Positions 33,644-47,299 of a DNA stretch of 64,000 nt are shown in pieces. A program made the translations under genes and the position numbers. Within the stretch, counting starts at the first letter, position 1; every line of letters starts with the position of its first letter. The notes under the pieces were generated by a model. The model made no database searches, was not told the origin of the DNA, and worked only from the letters and a program-made list of their open reading frames with translations. The stretch spans positions 6,424,597 to 6,488,596 of the forward strand of contig NW_002060946.1 of the NCBI RefSeq assembly GCF_000150275.1, written 5' to 3'. Origin of the DNA: Trichoplax adhaerens (Eukaryota; Animalia; Placozoa).

Positions 33644-35932
33644 GGATACTTGTAAATGACCTAAATGCAATGAAATTATAAAGTCCAGGGTGGAAAAAAC
33701 TTGAATTTATAGATCGACATACCTTAATTGGCACGCTAATACCAAATCTCCAATCGAAAATATGAAGATGTTGATTTGCGTATTTGACTAAAGCTCGTAG
33801 TATTATAAGATTCGTGATGGAGCATGTACATTTTTAATTATTTGCCTTTTATCATTTGTCAAAGTCTAGTACTGTATTAAACTGAATAGATATTTATGGT
33901 AATGACAATAGAAAATAAGATCAGATTACGATTGTGTTATGATGCAAATTTGTGATACAGTTGTTGGTCCACAAGAGCAAATTTGTTGAGGTTTGCTATT
34001 TTCACGAGATGTACAAATATGAAATATTTTCCACTGAGTGATAAAGCACTTAGTAAGTATATATATATCATCCTATCTCTGCAGCTTAATGTTGTGGTCT
34101 CTAGGAAAAAAATAGTTGGTACACATATATGAACTTCCTTGCATTGTTATTTGTATAGTATGAATGCTTGAAAGTCACTATCAGCAATTCTTCGACGAAA
34201 TTACACCATTTTATTCTTACAATTGTGTGGATTGAGGTTAAATAGCATGTAAATAAATCAATATCAAAATTTTTTTATGTCACTGTACGCAGCATCTTAA
34301 AGAGTAACTTTGATGAAATATTCTTAGATTGATTTGTTCTATAAAGATAACCAAATTTGATAGCAGATTTTCTTTATTACTGTTGATACTTTCATGATTT
34401 ACTGCAAAGATAAACTTTGCAATCTTTTTATCGTTATTGATAATAAATCTCTCTTTGCACATCGTATGCTGCTATCGATACTCCTTTGCTATCAAAATGG
34501 CAACGATAAGCTACTACTTTTATACATACAAACATCATCTATTTTGCCTCTATATCTCATTCTACATTTCGCTTTCTCAGTCCTCCCCTAATTAAATACT
34601 AGCGTTAAGAAAATTATACTGATATCGCGAAAAATTCCACAATACGATGAAATGTACAATGATGCTAAAATAGGAAATCCTTATAGGGTATTTAGTATGC
34701 CATCGTCATTCAATACCGGTAATTAATTCCGATTCTTGCACATTTTTTTCCTTATGAATGAATTATAATTACTGGTACTGCTGTATCTCAACACTCAATG
34801 ATCAACAGTAAAGACGATATACGCTTGTATATTACTTTTGTAAGGCATATTGTAACTAAATTATCGCCAATTTGCATGCTTATTTCCGTTTCAGGGTACA
34901 CTAATACTCGACCATTATTGTGGATTACAAATCACCCACGCTATAAATCTTACAAACTTGTTCTGAATGTAGTGTGACTTGAAGATGGACAAAAACGTAA
35001 ATATTTAGCGAAAATCGAACACTTATGGTTACTAATACCTATCTCAGATTGAATCAAAAAGCCTTCATTCAACCCTGTGAAATTTCATGACATCATATCT
35101 AATATAACACCTTTCTTGTAATTTTTCATCCGTTAATGAGTGATCTTTAATAGATTACAAAATTACGCTAGCGATCATATCCACAATGAAAGCTACTAAT
35201 TTTTTCAACGTCTTAGTGTATAATGATTAATAAGATTTCGCTCACCAAAAAGCATATATAACAAGGTATAAAAATAAATACCAGCTATTTTGCCTAGTTT
35301 ATAGATTATATCATACGTAGAATATACACGCTAAAATGAAGCAACGTATTGCAGTTTACTTCACTGCTAGGTTACAATAAAATAGTTAAATAAAAATCTA
35401 ATGCAATATCTATCTCGAAGTATCTTCACATAATACACTTACATATCCATAATTTAGAGATATTTCTTTGTTTATTAATATCTTATGAGATCTAGTCTTA
35501 TGAGTTATTCATAAATCGTTAACCGGCTACTGATCGTTAATTGTAACGACAAGTGTCATTTTAAAGAATAAATTAATCAATACACTTTATCTAAAAAGCA
35601 TAAAGAGAATAACATGTTCTTCCTATTTAATCAGTGCTTAAAGCTAACATTTTGAATTACTACGATCCAGCTTCTACGTTCATTTGAAAATCAAGCTACA
35701 AGATTTGGATGAGTTATACAAGCTTATAAAATCAATATTAGAAGATTATTGGATATATGTACATAACTTCTCTGACATTTTTGAGGTATGTAATACTATC
35801 AAGACATAGAAGTCATTATAATTAATCAGATTTTTGCATATCAGCAGGATGCACTATAACAGTAGATATCAAAAATCCCTTACAATTGTTAGTATAACTA
35901 TGGCCCATCTCTGATGAACATAATCTTTTATG

Positions 35933-35938
35933 TTTATT
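35933..35938 (-). terminator. Candidate polyadenylation signal (AATAAA) of M13 copy 1
   Basis: tttatt on the + strand lies ~60 nt downstream of the stop codon. The hexamer is common in AT-rich DNA. Confidence 0.35.
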
Positions 35939-35997
35939 TTCAATATCAAACCATATTCTGATAAAAAATATCCAAAAAGCATTCATGCATGGATTCA

Positions 35998-38900
35998 TTA
36001 CCAGACACTGCATTTCTTTTCTGGATTCATGGGAGTTCCAGCATTACATTTAAAAGCTTTAGTAAATTCCCTACTATTGGATAAGGTACCTATAACCCTG
36101 CAATTAAATTTTAAATATGTTATGTAGTTTATCATCCACTCAAACTTATACTAAAGACGCGGTATTATAATCAGAGATTATCGTAACAGATTTAAAATTT
36201 GTTACGATATGACTAAGAAATTTAAGCAATACCTGTATTTACCAGGGCTATGGCGATTCGTTAGAATCAAATGACGAGTTGTCTGAGGTGTCTCCAACGT
36301 GCACCATATCTATATAATTCGAATAGCAATCCTTACTTTAATGTCAGCTCTAAACTAGTATTTATGAAGACAATAAATACTCAGTAACGATATACCTGAG
36401 CAAAAGCAATAAATAACATTTGATCAGGAGTGTATTTAAGTCCCGGCAATTGTACTTCCTGCTCATTATCATTTTTCCATTTTTGGTAAGCCTACATAAA
36501 TGCAAGTTTTTAAGAGCGCTTTAATTTTATCATTATTTAAGTCGTATTGCCTAACTATATCGAAGACATAGTATTCAAACACTGCTATTATCTCAACACT
36601 TCTCAGTCTGTGGCAACAAATACTTTTGAATAGATTGTAAGGTTATCATACAGCTTACGTTATATGCAAGTTTCATGCCACCATTATCAGCAATATTTTC
36701 AGTAATAGTTAGATTTCCATTAAGCTAGAAAATAACAATAGCTAAGATTAATTTAGTTCATTATCACATGCCTACCACGTTCCCCAAAAGCCTACGATCG
36801 ATAATATCCCTGTGATACACTTGGAAAACTGGATTAAAGCTAGATTAACTACTCACATTAATATTATCTATTTTGTATCTGGCATATTGATCAATCATGC
36901 ATTTGGCATGCTGCTCGTAAGCAGTGTTGGCTTCATCTTCCCACCATGATTTCAAGTTTCCCACAGAATCAAATTTTCTTCCTATTAATACCCGTATTGT
37001 TATAGCGAAATAGCGAACGTCTAAGAAGACTGTAAGCAATAGAGTGAACAAGTACGAGTAAACCCTACAAACCTGAGGAGTCAAAGCCATGCGTTAATTC
37101 ATGGCCCATTGCAACTCCAATTCCACCATAATTTAAATATCTGTTAAATATCACATTTTTACGTTAATTGATATAATTTATTTTAATATAACTTTAGAGA
37201 ATGTAGGGTTAATATTTTACAGTAAATAACATACTTGGGGTAATTTTTATGAAAGAAAGGTTCTTGCAAAATGCCAGCTGGAAACACTAAATATGAATAA
37301 TAACATCCCGTCATTAAAGACTACCATACTCCACTATAGTCTTCACATTAAATAAATATCAACTTAATAAAGCTATGTTCAAGTCAAAACTGTGAAATAT
37401 AAACCAACAAAGTTAAATTAAATTGCGGGTGATTCAATAAGTTGAAATCACAAAAATCTATTTTTACGTTACCGTAGCATAAAAGTTTATTAAATTCTCT
37501 GAGACAAACTAGTCGCAGTAAATTTTATACATGGTAATACTTACCAATATCATTTAAAGACTGCGAAAAATATGCATTAACTGTTGAAGGTTCCATAAAC
37601 CACCTTAAATATAAAAGCAATACAATATACGCTAAGACATCTTGTTTCTTCATTCCTTGAAGCTATCCTATAGTCTGGCTACGTTAACAACTTATTAGAA
37701 GTACGCGTTAATAATAGCAACTGGTTATTGCCATAACCCATCAAAAGATATTTTTCAATTATTCATCATTTTTCCAAATCTAAACTAAGAAATATACTGT
37801 AAGAATAACGACATCTTAAATTTTGTTCGTTTTCGGAACGTTACCCTCCACTAGTAGTGTTCTAAGCCTACATAAGGGCGTTGTATATACCTATGTCGAT
37901 CAACTGGTGTCTTTAACAATGCCATTCCTTTATTATTTAAAAATATCCTGAGATTGATAGTATTCTTAAAGAATTCATTAGGATTGATTATTACCTGCAA
38001 TTTAACAGATTGAAAGTTTATTAGCAGCAGTACCATTATCTGTATCACAACTATGTTATGCGTCTTTGAAATCTGATATTTCCTACTGCACAGGTATCAT
38101 AACAGTAATACAATACAATTTCATGATAATGGTTTACAAACCCCGGAATAATAAGCATTTAATTTTTCATTATTTAAAATCCAATCTGGAAAACCTATTA
38201 AGCTGATAATTGCCCGAGCCTGAAATATGTATTTAAACCAACAAATTACATAAGCGAATCAATTTTTACTGGAGAATTAAAAAATATAGTAATAAACTAC
38301 CATGAAATTTAGGGCAATATTTTAGCTTTGCAGTATTATCTATTCAATATTTGGTAATAATATTTACACTAGTTATGTCACTATAACTGTTATCATATGT
38401 ACTATCAAATGACACGAAATTATTGGATATTGACAGCAATTCATACGTAGCAGCCTATATTATACGTAGGTATACATTCTCTGTGAACGAACACTACCTT
38501 TTCGTTAGCTTTAGCAGCAGTTTTAGGATCCATCCACTTTACCGTAGGCAAATTGTTAAGAAAAGCTTCACGAATGCCAGCAATCATTTTCATCGCCTGT
38601 ATACAATTAATCCATTAATACTTTAAAGCATTGCATAGCAAGATCATTAGTCTTCAAGTGGAATTCCTAAATATCATTTATAAGAACTGTACCTGATCTT
38701 TACTTTTACCCTGAAAATGGCTATCAACAAACAGCCGACCTGTTGCTTTTCCAAAGTAATAATTTAGTTTATCTATACAAGTCTCCCATCGCGGTTTGAT
38801 TGCAGACGGATCACCACCATTGAAAGCTAGATTAAATTTTCGATTTGCATCACGAAATGGTTTGGACAAGGTATCAACCATGGAATTGATTATTCTCCAC

Positions 38901-41246
38901 ATAAGGTATGTTGACATAATGCTGTAATAAAAATGATATCAAGAAAATCTAAAGGAATAGGTCTGCGAATAAGTAAATAATATAAAAAAATACTGGCGAA
39001 AAACTGAAGGGCTTATTAAGATAAGTGCCTATCTTATGCTAATTACGAAGATGCTACGGTTGTACTGCGTGCTAAGTTATAATATACACTGAATAAAGCA
39101 GCTTTTCAATTCTTTGTATTAAGACTTGAAAACGTAAGATCTTACAATACCTTTTTTCAGTTTTCGAAATAATATGAGATAAGTGTTGAAAATATCGCGG
39201 TGTTGCAATGTTAATTACAGTTTTATTAACAACAGCTGCACTGGTTAAATTGGAGATTAATTTTATCCACGGAATCTAAAGGTATGTAGCATTGATATTG
39301 TTGAAATAAAGTACATCAGTCAAATCTATTTTGTAAATGAATAATGAATAATAATCTTTTTGATACTAACAACGGGACACATTGTAATTAAATCTTCAAC
39401 AGCATTAAAATGATAGGTTTGATCAGGCATCATCTCTTCTGCAGGCAAGAATTGCTTTAAAATAGAAAATTAACGAAATCAGTTATGATAGAATGGTAAT
39501 CACTGTAAATAACAGATTGAACTAGATCAAAAGTCTACACGATCATATGTATTTGGCATTGTCTAGTACTAGTGCAAAGGGAATAGTAACTAGGAGAATC
39601 TGCTAGTGAACTAGTACAGTAACCATCCACTGTGGCTAATGCTACATTACTACGCTTAACGTAGTTAGTAACTGAAATTTATTTGCATTAAGAAATACTT
39701 TAATGGGTTAAATGTAGCAACCATCCCTTGTAACTAATACTACTACGCTTAACGTAGTAAGTAACGGAAATCTTATTGTACTAGAAAATACCTTGATTGG
39801 TTAAATGTAGCCAACCTAATTCTAGTTCAAAACTATGCTATCAATTATGTTTACTATTTTTAAAATTAGTAAGAGCTCACAACTGTAAGAGGAATTATTT
39901 GTAATCCGTACTATCTGATTTAGTATTCATTGAACTTTCAATAATATATCTACCATCTGCAAACGCTGGCCCAGATATCGTATTGTATGTGATTAGCATG
40001 TGATGCATGTTATGTAAGTTATAAAGTATGCATTAGGACATGCAATATCGTATCAGTTAGATGTTTATCATCAATTACTATAATCAGAGAAAATATACCT
40101 GCGCTAATTCAATTTCCAACTCGACCACCTTTTCGACTATCTGACTGATATTACCTGCACTTTGTTTCACATTTAACAACTTAAAGATATCCATCATGTA
40201 TACTTTGTAATTGCCCAGTAAACTACTATTAGATAAATAGTAATGTCTGGACGACAGACCAGTTCCTGCTTGAGCAGCCTATAGACACGATAAAAGAAGT
40301 TTTCACGTTGTCACCTTGTGTTATCATCACAGTTTGTAACTATTCTCCATGTCACTTTAGGACTTATCCAACAATTTCATACCTATCACCTCATTTATTT
40401 AGTCAATGACACTAGCAATTTCTTTACCTGTAAAATGATTCGACTAGAATTTCCAGGATCAGTATTGGCATAAATTAAAAATAATCCACCTCCACCGAGA
40501 AAATGGCTCTCAATTAAAGCCTGATTAAAATCCCAGTGGTCTGCAATCCAATCTCGGTCAGAACTTAATTTCCATGGTTGTAATTTTTTCATCAGCTGAA
40601 TTAGAGGTTGCCCTCCGTATTGGTCAATAATTGTTAAATTCATACACGACTGATACATATTTATAACTTTAGTGATAGCTGGTAATACTGTATGGCTAGC
40701 TTGAGATTGTAATGACTTATACGATTCAACAGCTTTCTTAATGACAAAATTATTTTTGTTAGCAATCTCAGAAAAGAGTGCCCAACGTGTATGGCCAGAT
40801 GGCATCGGAGTATTGGCTAAGAAATTCCCACAAGCAAATTGATAGAAATCCTGGCAAGGATGGACTGATTGATTCATTTTCTTGATCATATTACCAGCAG
40901 TAATAATACATAGGTTGCTATCGCACATTTTGACCTTCTTTCCTTGTCCGGAATGATCTTCAAAAGTATGTTTCCAGCTACGATGGTAAGTAATAAGGAG
41001 ACCAGTAAGAATTGCCAATACAACAAGGACAATACATGATAAAAAGACGAAGCCAATTTCTCGTTTATTGCATGGTCGATGAAAGGAAAAAATTCGGTAT
41101 CGGTAGGATCGGTTACGGCCACGCTTAGTTAAAACTTTTGGCATATGTTCATCATTGGAGACATTGCTTTGATCTTCATCGATAAACTGGTCGGTTTCAC
41201 GGCACGTATAGGATATATCGGTTTGATTTAATTCAATCTCACTCAT
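35998..41246 (-). CDS. M13 zinc metallopeptidase, neprilysin/endothelin-converting enzyme-like (copy 1, canonical), 16 exons
   Basis: ATG at 41246 (MSEIEL). Exon 1 (41246-40428) has a cytosolic tail, a TM helix ([22 protein letters not shown]) and [11 protein letters not shown]. Later exons give [38 protein letters not shown] (~37140-37073), ENIADNGG (~36724-36658) and HSPGKYR. The C-terminus is [14 protein letters not shown] (35998-36000). Confidence 0.95.
39621..39816. repeat. Diverged tandem duplication (~98-bp unit) with internal hairpin, in an M13 copy 1 intron
   Basis: aaccatcc...actacgcttaacgtagt..gtaac.gaaat...ggttaaatgtagc occurs twice (from ~39621 and ~39719). Each copy has the inverted repeat actacg-cttaa-cgtagt. 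Confidence 0.8.
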
Positions 41247-43614
41247 ATTGAAATGGTTTTGGGTTCCTTCACAAGGCCCTATATATTTATAAGAAATCAA
41301 CAACCGATATAACTTAAAAGGACCTTTACTATGGTATTAGCAGATTAATTCATTATTTCCTAAAAGCAACCAACACGGCTACACCTGATCATGATCAGGT
41401 TAGTGGGCATTCTACCGTGACCATAATAAATTTGTAATTGCTAGCACAACTTATTCCACTAATAACATATTTAATGACTATTATTTGAGTGCACTATTCA
41501 TACTCTCTTTCAATCCTCGAAGGATATATCATTATATCATTGTATATATAAATTCAAATAGATTTGTATCTGTATAATTGCAATACAAATTAATCACATT
41601 ACGCCTGCAGCCCCGTATAATCAATTATCTCCAATCCATTAATTATATTCATTACAGCATAAGATAGAGCAGAAGTTACAGTAGTCACTGCAAAAGTAGG
41701 AACTAATGCTAAATCTAAAGTAGGGAGACTTGAAACGACAATTGAAATCTTTTTATACTATACGAAAGACATTCTTTTGACACGATAAATAAAATAAAAT
41801 GCCCCAATTATGTCGTTGATAAAGGGATTAGAATATTCTAGATGTCAATGAATATTTTTTACTGAAAAATTTCTTTTGACTTTGCAAACAAAATTAATTA
41901 TAAATTAAAAAAAATAAAACTTGATCAAACATAGAGGATTAAAATGAGTTATTGATGAGACTTAGCTATTAGAAGACGAACGAAATCGCGATTAAAAATG
42001 TAGAAACATTATTACGTAGAAAAGGAAAAAAAATCTCAATACAGTAACAACAAATTTCGACAATGACCTTAAATTCATGCTCGATACGAGAACTTTTAAA
42101 TTTTTCTTATTTTACAATTTTCAGACCGATATCACAACATAGAGACGAGTCAATACAGAATTGGATCTTAGTAAAGGACCCTTGTTAAAACACTAAAATG
42201 TAGCAAACTGAAGTAGCAATAAATTTTAGTTTCATCTCAATGCCGAGTAATGGAGAGCATCGTTCAATACTACATAGGCACTTGCTTCTGGTCCGTGGAC
42301 AAGTCAGCAGTATTACGCTATTATTTCTTACTTAAGTTCGAAAGTAAGAGTAATAAAATATATAGCAATATTAAATCGTTGAATGTAAAGTACATCAAGT
42401 TGGACATCATCGCTTATTTATTTGGACATTTTCTTCCACGGTATGTTATCACAGCTGTCGTAAACTACTTCACTAACAAAAAAATAAACGCCATTTGCTC
42501 CGCTATTACTCGAAGCTTATCATTGGACTCAATTCTTAATACAGTATATACTGTAGTTACGTTTGATATAAAGTACAGGACAAGCCACGATATAATTATC
42601 GCTTCCATATTTCCTAGTAAGCTCTGCTACAGTAATAATTCATGATTTTGAATAATATCATACAAAAGAAAAAATAATGAGTGATACATACATTAATTGG
42701 TAACATTGGGATTTGGGAATGAATAAAGTATTATTAATTAAGCTCTGCAATGGAGCTCGCTACGTTCTGGAATTTCTTCCATTTCCATTTACCACAATGA
42801 TATGAATAAAGACTGCAAGATAAAATCTATTTTAAAGTGCCAAACTACTTAATCCTGCAAGAGATGCTATATCTTCCAATTTTTTAAGCTAGTTGACAAA
42901 CGGAACTCAAATTAAAGAAGTTGATGACATCCAAATTATACTGTACTGAGTGCGTAAAGTAGCGATCCTCACCATAAGTATACACTCACTATACAGTACA
43001 GTACAATGCTCATACTGTATATTGGATTGTCAATAATACTGGCCGTCATGATTATTCATTATTTATTTACTATAATCTAGGCAGAATACAAGATTAATAA
43101 ACAGTTCAAATGTCCATTGCCTCATTAGACGTAGGGCATGACTCATTGCTGATAATGAGTTCATACATCCCATGGAAACTTGACTGAATAACCTGTGATG
43201 ATTTGTCACTTTTAAAGAAATATTGATGAAAATACCAATTACACTATGGATAGAAGTTGTATACCGGATAAGCAGACCGCCCATTGCCCTGAGATTAATC
43301 ACCATCATTAAAATATAGCACAAGGCAAATTACCGATAAAGCAGAATCTAAAAAAAAATGAAACGAGAAAAATCAAGGCAGTTCATCGTTTTAGTGGAAA
43401 TCAGCGCCATACAAGAGCCAGATATCTGTGTATCCGAGTCTATAATTTGTCTTCTGTATTGTTGTCTATGGCAGGTGCAGTAGGATGGCACTAAGCAGAG
43501 TAGGAAAATATCCTGATTGATCAATCATAACTTTATTTTCATTTCTGACAGTTGATAATTTACTAATTTATTTATGAAGCTTCAATACAATGCTGGTCAG
43601 AGCGATATTGCCGT

Positions 43615-44050
43615 CTACTACTGCATGTGGCAAGCAAGAGGAAACGATCGTCTTTCCAAACTGATGACTATGAAAGTTGAATTTGATCAATGATATCAAC
43701 AAGGAATGATGGAGAATCGAAATGAAAGTATTTGTTATAGTGAAATAGTGTAATACCCTACTGTATGTGTTAAGTAAAAAGAGGAAATGATCGTATTTCC
43801 AAACTGCTCACTATTGCTTATTGTAACAGTTGAACTTGATCCATGATGTCAACAAGGAATGATCGAGAATCGAAACGAAAATTTTTGTCATAGTGAAATA
43901 GTGTAATACTATCTAGTACAGTACTGCATGTGTTCAGAAAGAGGAAATGATCATGTTTAAAAACTGATGACTGTGAAAGCTGAAGTTGATCAATGATATC
44001 AATTGGGAATGGTGGAGAATCGATATAAAAATTTGAGCAATAGTGATTCC
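43615..44050. repeat. Three diverged tandem copies (140-163-bp spacing)
   Basis: ctg(c/t)atgtg...agaggaaa(c/t)gatc...aaactg...gagaatcga recurs at 43621, 43761 and 43924. Confidence 0.9.
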
Positions 44051-46025
44051 TATAATTACAACTATTCATTTCGCTAGGCTAGAATACTTCAAGTCGTTCA
44101 CATAGGAAAGCATGAGTAAATCAAAAGTAGATCAACCGTCGTCTTTAGAGACAGCAATCGTATCCATTCTAATTTGATGCTTCAGCAAGTAGATTACTTG
44201 AAATCGAGGTAGTTTGAAAATAACTTTTCTATCCATTTGAAAATCAAACTCCATTCACGGTCATGAAGCCATTGTTGTTTGTTATTGCACTTTATTATAG
44301 ATATCTTCATCCAACCGCAAGAATATCCTTCAAAGCGGAGTCTTGCTTTGATACTCATGCTATTGTCGTCATTTTGGGTAAAAGATGACTAGCCTAGAAT
44401 ACATGGAATCATACCTCTAAACTGAAACGTTGATGTAGAGTACTCAAGACATCAAGTGAAACATCCTACTACAAGGGAGGCTGTCTAAACTTTCAGGTAG
44501 ACATCAACTCTTATTACGCCAGACTGTAACGTTATTAACGTCTCCACAAAGAACCCCCCCCCCCCAAAAAAAAAAACTCCAGTACAGTACTGTCTATCAC
44601 CGATATCGGTCGATCTTCTGCCAAGAGACCCGAAACGACTGTTATTCAATCATCATCGCCATAACAAGACGAACATAGTGAAAACGAAAACGAAAATGAA
44701 GTCGGTCTTTTCATCATTTTGAGTCTATTGATAACAACTTCAAGCCTATCGTATCCCTGATTTCAACGCTTACCTGAAGAACCAAGCAACTCTCCCTTAT
44801 CACGGTTATAATCACAATCGGACATGAGTTAGGCAAAATTTTGGGTGATGGATCAACGTGGAATCTTTTCGATTGGAGCAATGGTCAGCGGCAGCATGAA
44901 AGCAATGAAATAATTTGCCCAAATGTTTTCAACTAATTTAATCAATAGCCAGCTAGATAACGTTAACCTAGTGATCAAAAGTAACAATAGAGAAATGACG
45001 AATAGAGTTGATGATGAGTTGGTATTGGCTGAGGTCACAACAGTGACGTCGATCACTTTCTTTGTACTGTTTGGTGCTGGATAGTACAGTACTTTGCACT
45101 GTAATGCACTGTACTATACACTGTACTATTCTTCCAAGTCCTTGCTACTGCCTCGGGACCGTCATGGCCAAATGTAGGAAAACTTTTGAATTTGGCCTTA
45201 TCCTCTAACCAGCGACTTGTAAATTTCCTCTTGCAATAAATTATTACAATCCTTGTTTTGACTAAGGTTTCTTTTTCGATAGTGGCACAACATTGTAGTC
45301 CATGCTCGAAAATCGCGCATGGATTACTTTAGTCGATGCTGTAGACTAACCTGAACTGGTCGAATAAAACTGTACAGTACAGACACACAACAAGACTAGT
45401 TCCAGGTCAGTGGACTTTACCATATGCAGTACTACAAAGCAACATGTCCAATGTGGACAGCATAGCATGCCGTTGCTGATATCCTATGCCATCGAAATGA
45501 CCAGTAAAACTCTTCTCATTGATCTCCACATTTTGAGTAATAGATGATCATGAAAATGGCATAGTCAATAAAACGACCTTGAAGAGGTTACGATATCAAC
45601 TAAAATTGATAGAATGTCTTAAAAAATGGACTCGGAGAGAGCGAGCGTAAAAGCAGTTCAAAATCAACCGTGCGCAACTTTAAATCTATCAGCGTCGGTA
45701 CCTAAATGGCCTCTCACTCACCGAGTTATCAACTACGTAGTAGCACTGATCGAGCTGTTGTTATGCAGGAAAATTGATGTTAAAGTCAAAACTTAGAGTA
45801 AAAGAAAGACGAAATAATTCTTTACTTTTGCCGATATACCATTGTCGTATTAAGATGGATTGCTTACAAGCAGATCAAATAGAACTGGCCAAATCGATCC
45901 TAGACTCTACTGCCTCCTGAAGCCTTAGCGCTTTTTAGGGCTATAACTCAACTTTCAAAGTAGGGATGCCAATTCATACACCAAAATGGCCTTGAAGAAG
46001 GCGCAAAACAAACTAAAGTCAATGT

Positions 46026-46605
46026 AATGCCTTTCAAAGAGGACATCAGACAGGTTATAAAACTAGATTATCATCAATCGTAAATGATTACGTACATCCT
46101 ACAATACCTAAATGGCGTTGCAATGCCTTTCAAAGGGGACATCAGGCAGGCCATAAAACTAGACTAAAACCAATCGTAGATGATTACGTGTATATCCTAC
46201 AATACATAAATGGCGTTGCAATGCCTTTTAAAGGGAACATCAGACAGGTTATAAAACTAAACTAAAATCAATCGTAGATGATTACGCGTATATCCTACAA
46301 TACGTAAATGGCCTTGCAATGCCTTTCAAAGCGGACATCAGACAGGTTATAAAACTAGACTAAAATCAATCGTAAATAACTACGTACATCCCGCAATACC
46401 TAAATGGCCTTGGCATGCCTTTTAAATGGAACATTAGACAGGTTATAAAACTAGACTAAAATCAATCGTAGATAACTACGTACATCCCGCAATACCTAAA
46501 TGGCCTTGGCATGCCTTTTAAATGGAACATTAGACAGGTTATAAAACTAGACTAAAATCAATCGTCCATGACTACGCACATCCTACAATACCCAAATGGC
46601 CTTGC
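46026..46605. repeat. Tandem array of six 96-98-bp units
   Basis: (a/c)atgccttt...cagacaggttataaaactagactaaaatcaatcgta...tacctaaatggc(c/g)ttg starts at 46026, 46122, 46220, 46318, 46414 and 46510 (spacings 96, 98, 98, 96, 96). Confidence 0.97.
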
Positions 46606-47299
46606 TGAAAGTACGACACACTACGCCTATTCATTATACAACTGCGCCGTTAAAATCCTGTGAGAGACTACTAGATATATATCATTGACTATTAGCTATA
46701 GCTGAATCAATTGGAAGACATCTTAGTTTATGAACAATTTATTATACGAGTATAGATAGTGTTAAGGACAAATCGATCCCTAAGCTACGTATAATAACAA
46801 ATCTAATAGGTTACAAATAGAAAATTTGACAACGCGTTGTTAGTTCGATAACTAACTGCAACAACCCGTTGCAATTATTAGCTCAAAATGTGACTATTCT
46901 AAAGCATTCCGACATAAACGTGGACTTGACGGCTATTGCAACACATCAATAATATAATCATCCATTTGAAAAGCACAAATTGCAGAAACAGTTGATTACT
47001 ACCTAGTTGAGTCTCAAGATACATTCAATGAAATAAAAACAAAGGAAATTGGTGCTAGACTAATTCCATTTTCTTCCATGAAAATGAAAACGGCAGCGGT
47101 TAAATAGTGCAAGACCAAAGGGACCATAGTCGAACAATGGATGACTTTAGATCTTCAAAAATACCCCCTGTACGTCGAGCTACTTATAAATATTTAAACT
47201 GCGATGACTAATTTGCTAACAAAACTATCACCATTTTCAACAATTAATTTGAATGCTAATGTCATGCATACAAAATAAATTCCATCGTCATATCAACAT

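Larger units (their letters stand above)
43575..46605 (+). pseudogene. Putative decayed ankyrin-repeat-like coding relic
   Basis: Fragments translate as NTLLYVLSK/RGNDRISKLLT, LHVAS/RGNDRLSKLMTMKVEFD, RGNDHV*KLMTVKAEVD and LIELLLCRKIDVKVK (~45746-45790) followed by NNSLLLPIYHCRIKM. They are interrupted by stops and frameshifts. Judged by eye only. Confidence 0.4.

Noticed and set aside
42250-42645. 131-aa plus-strand ORF upstream of M13 copy 1
   Set aside because: Its composition is typical of translated AT-rich non-coding DNA, with no motif or splice support.
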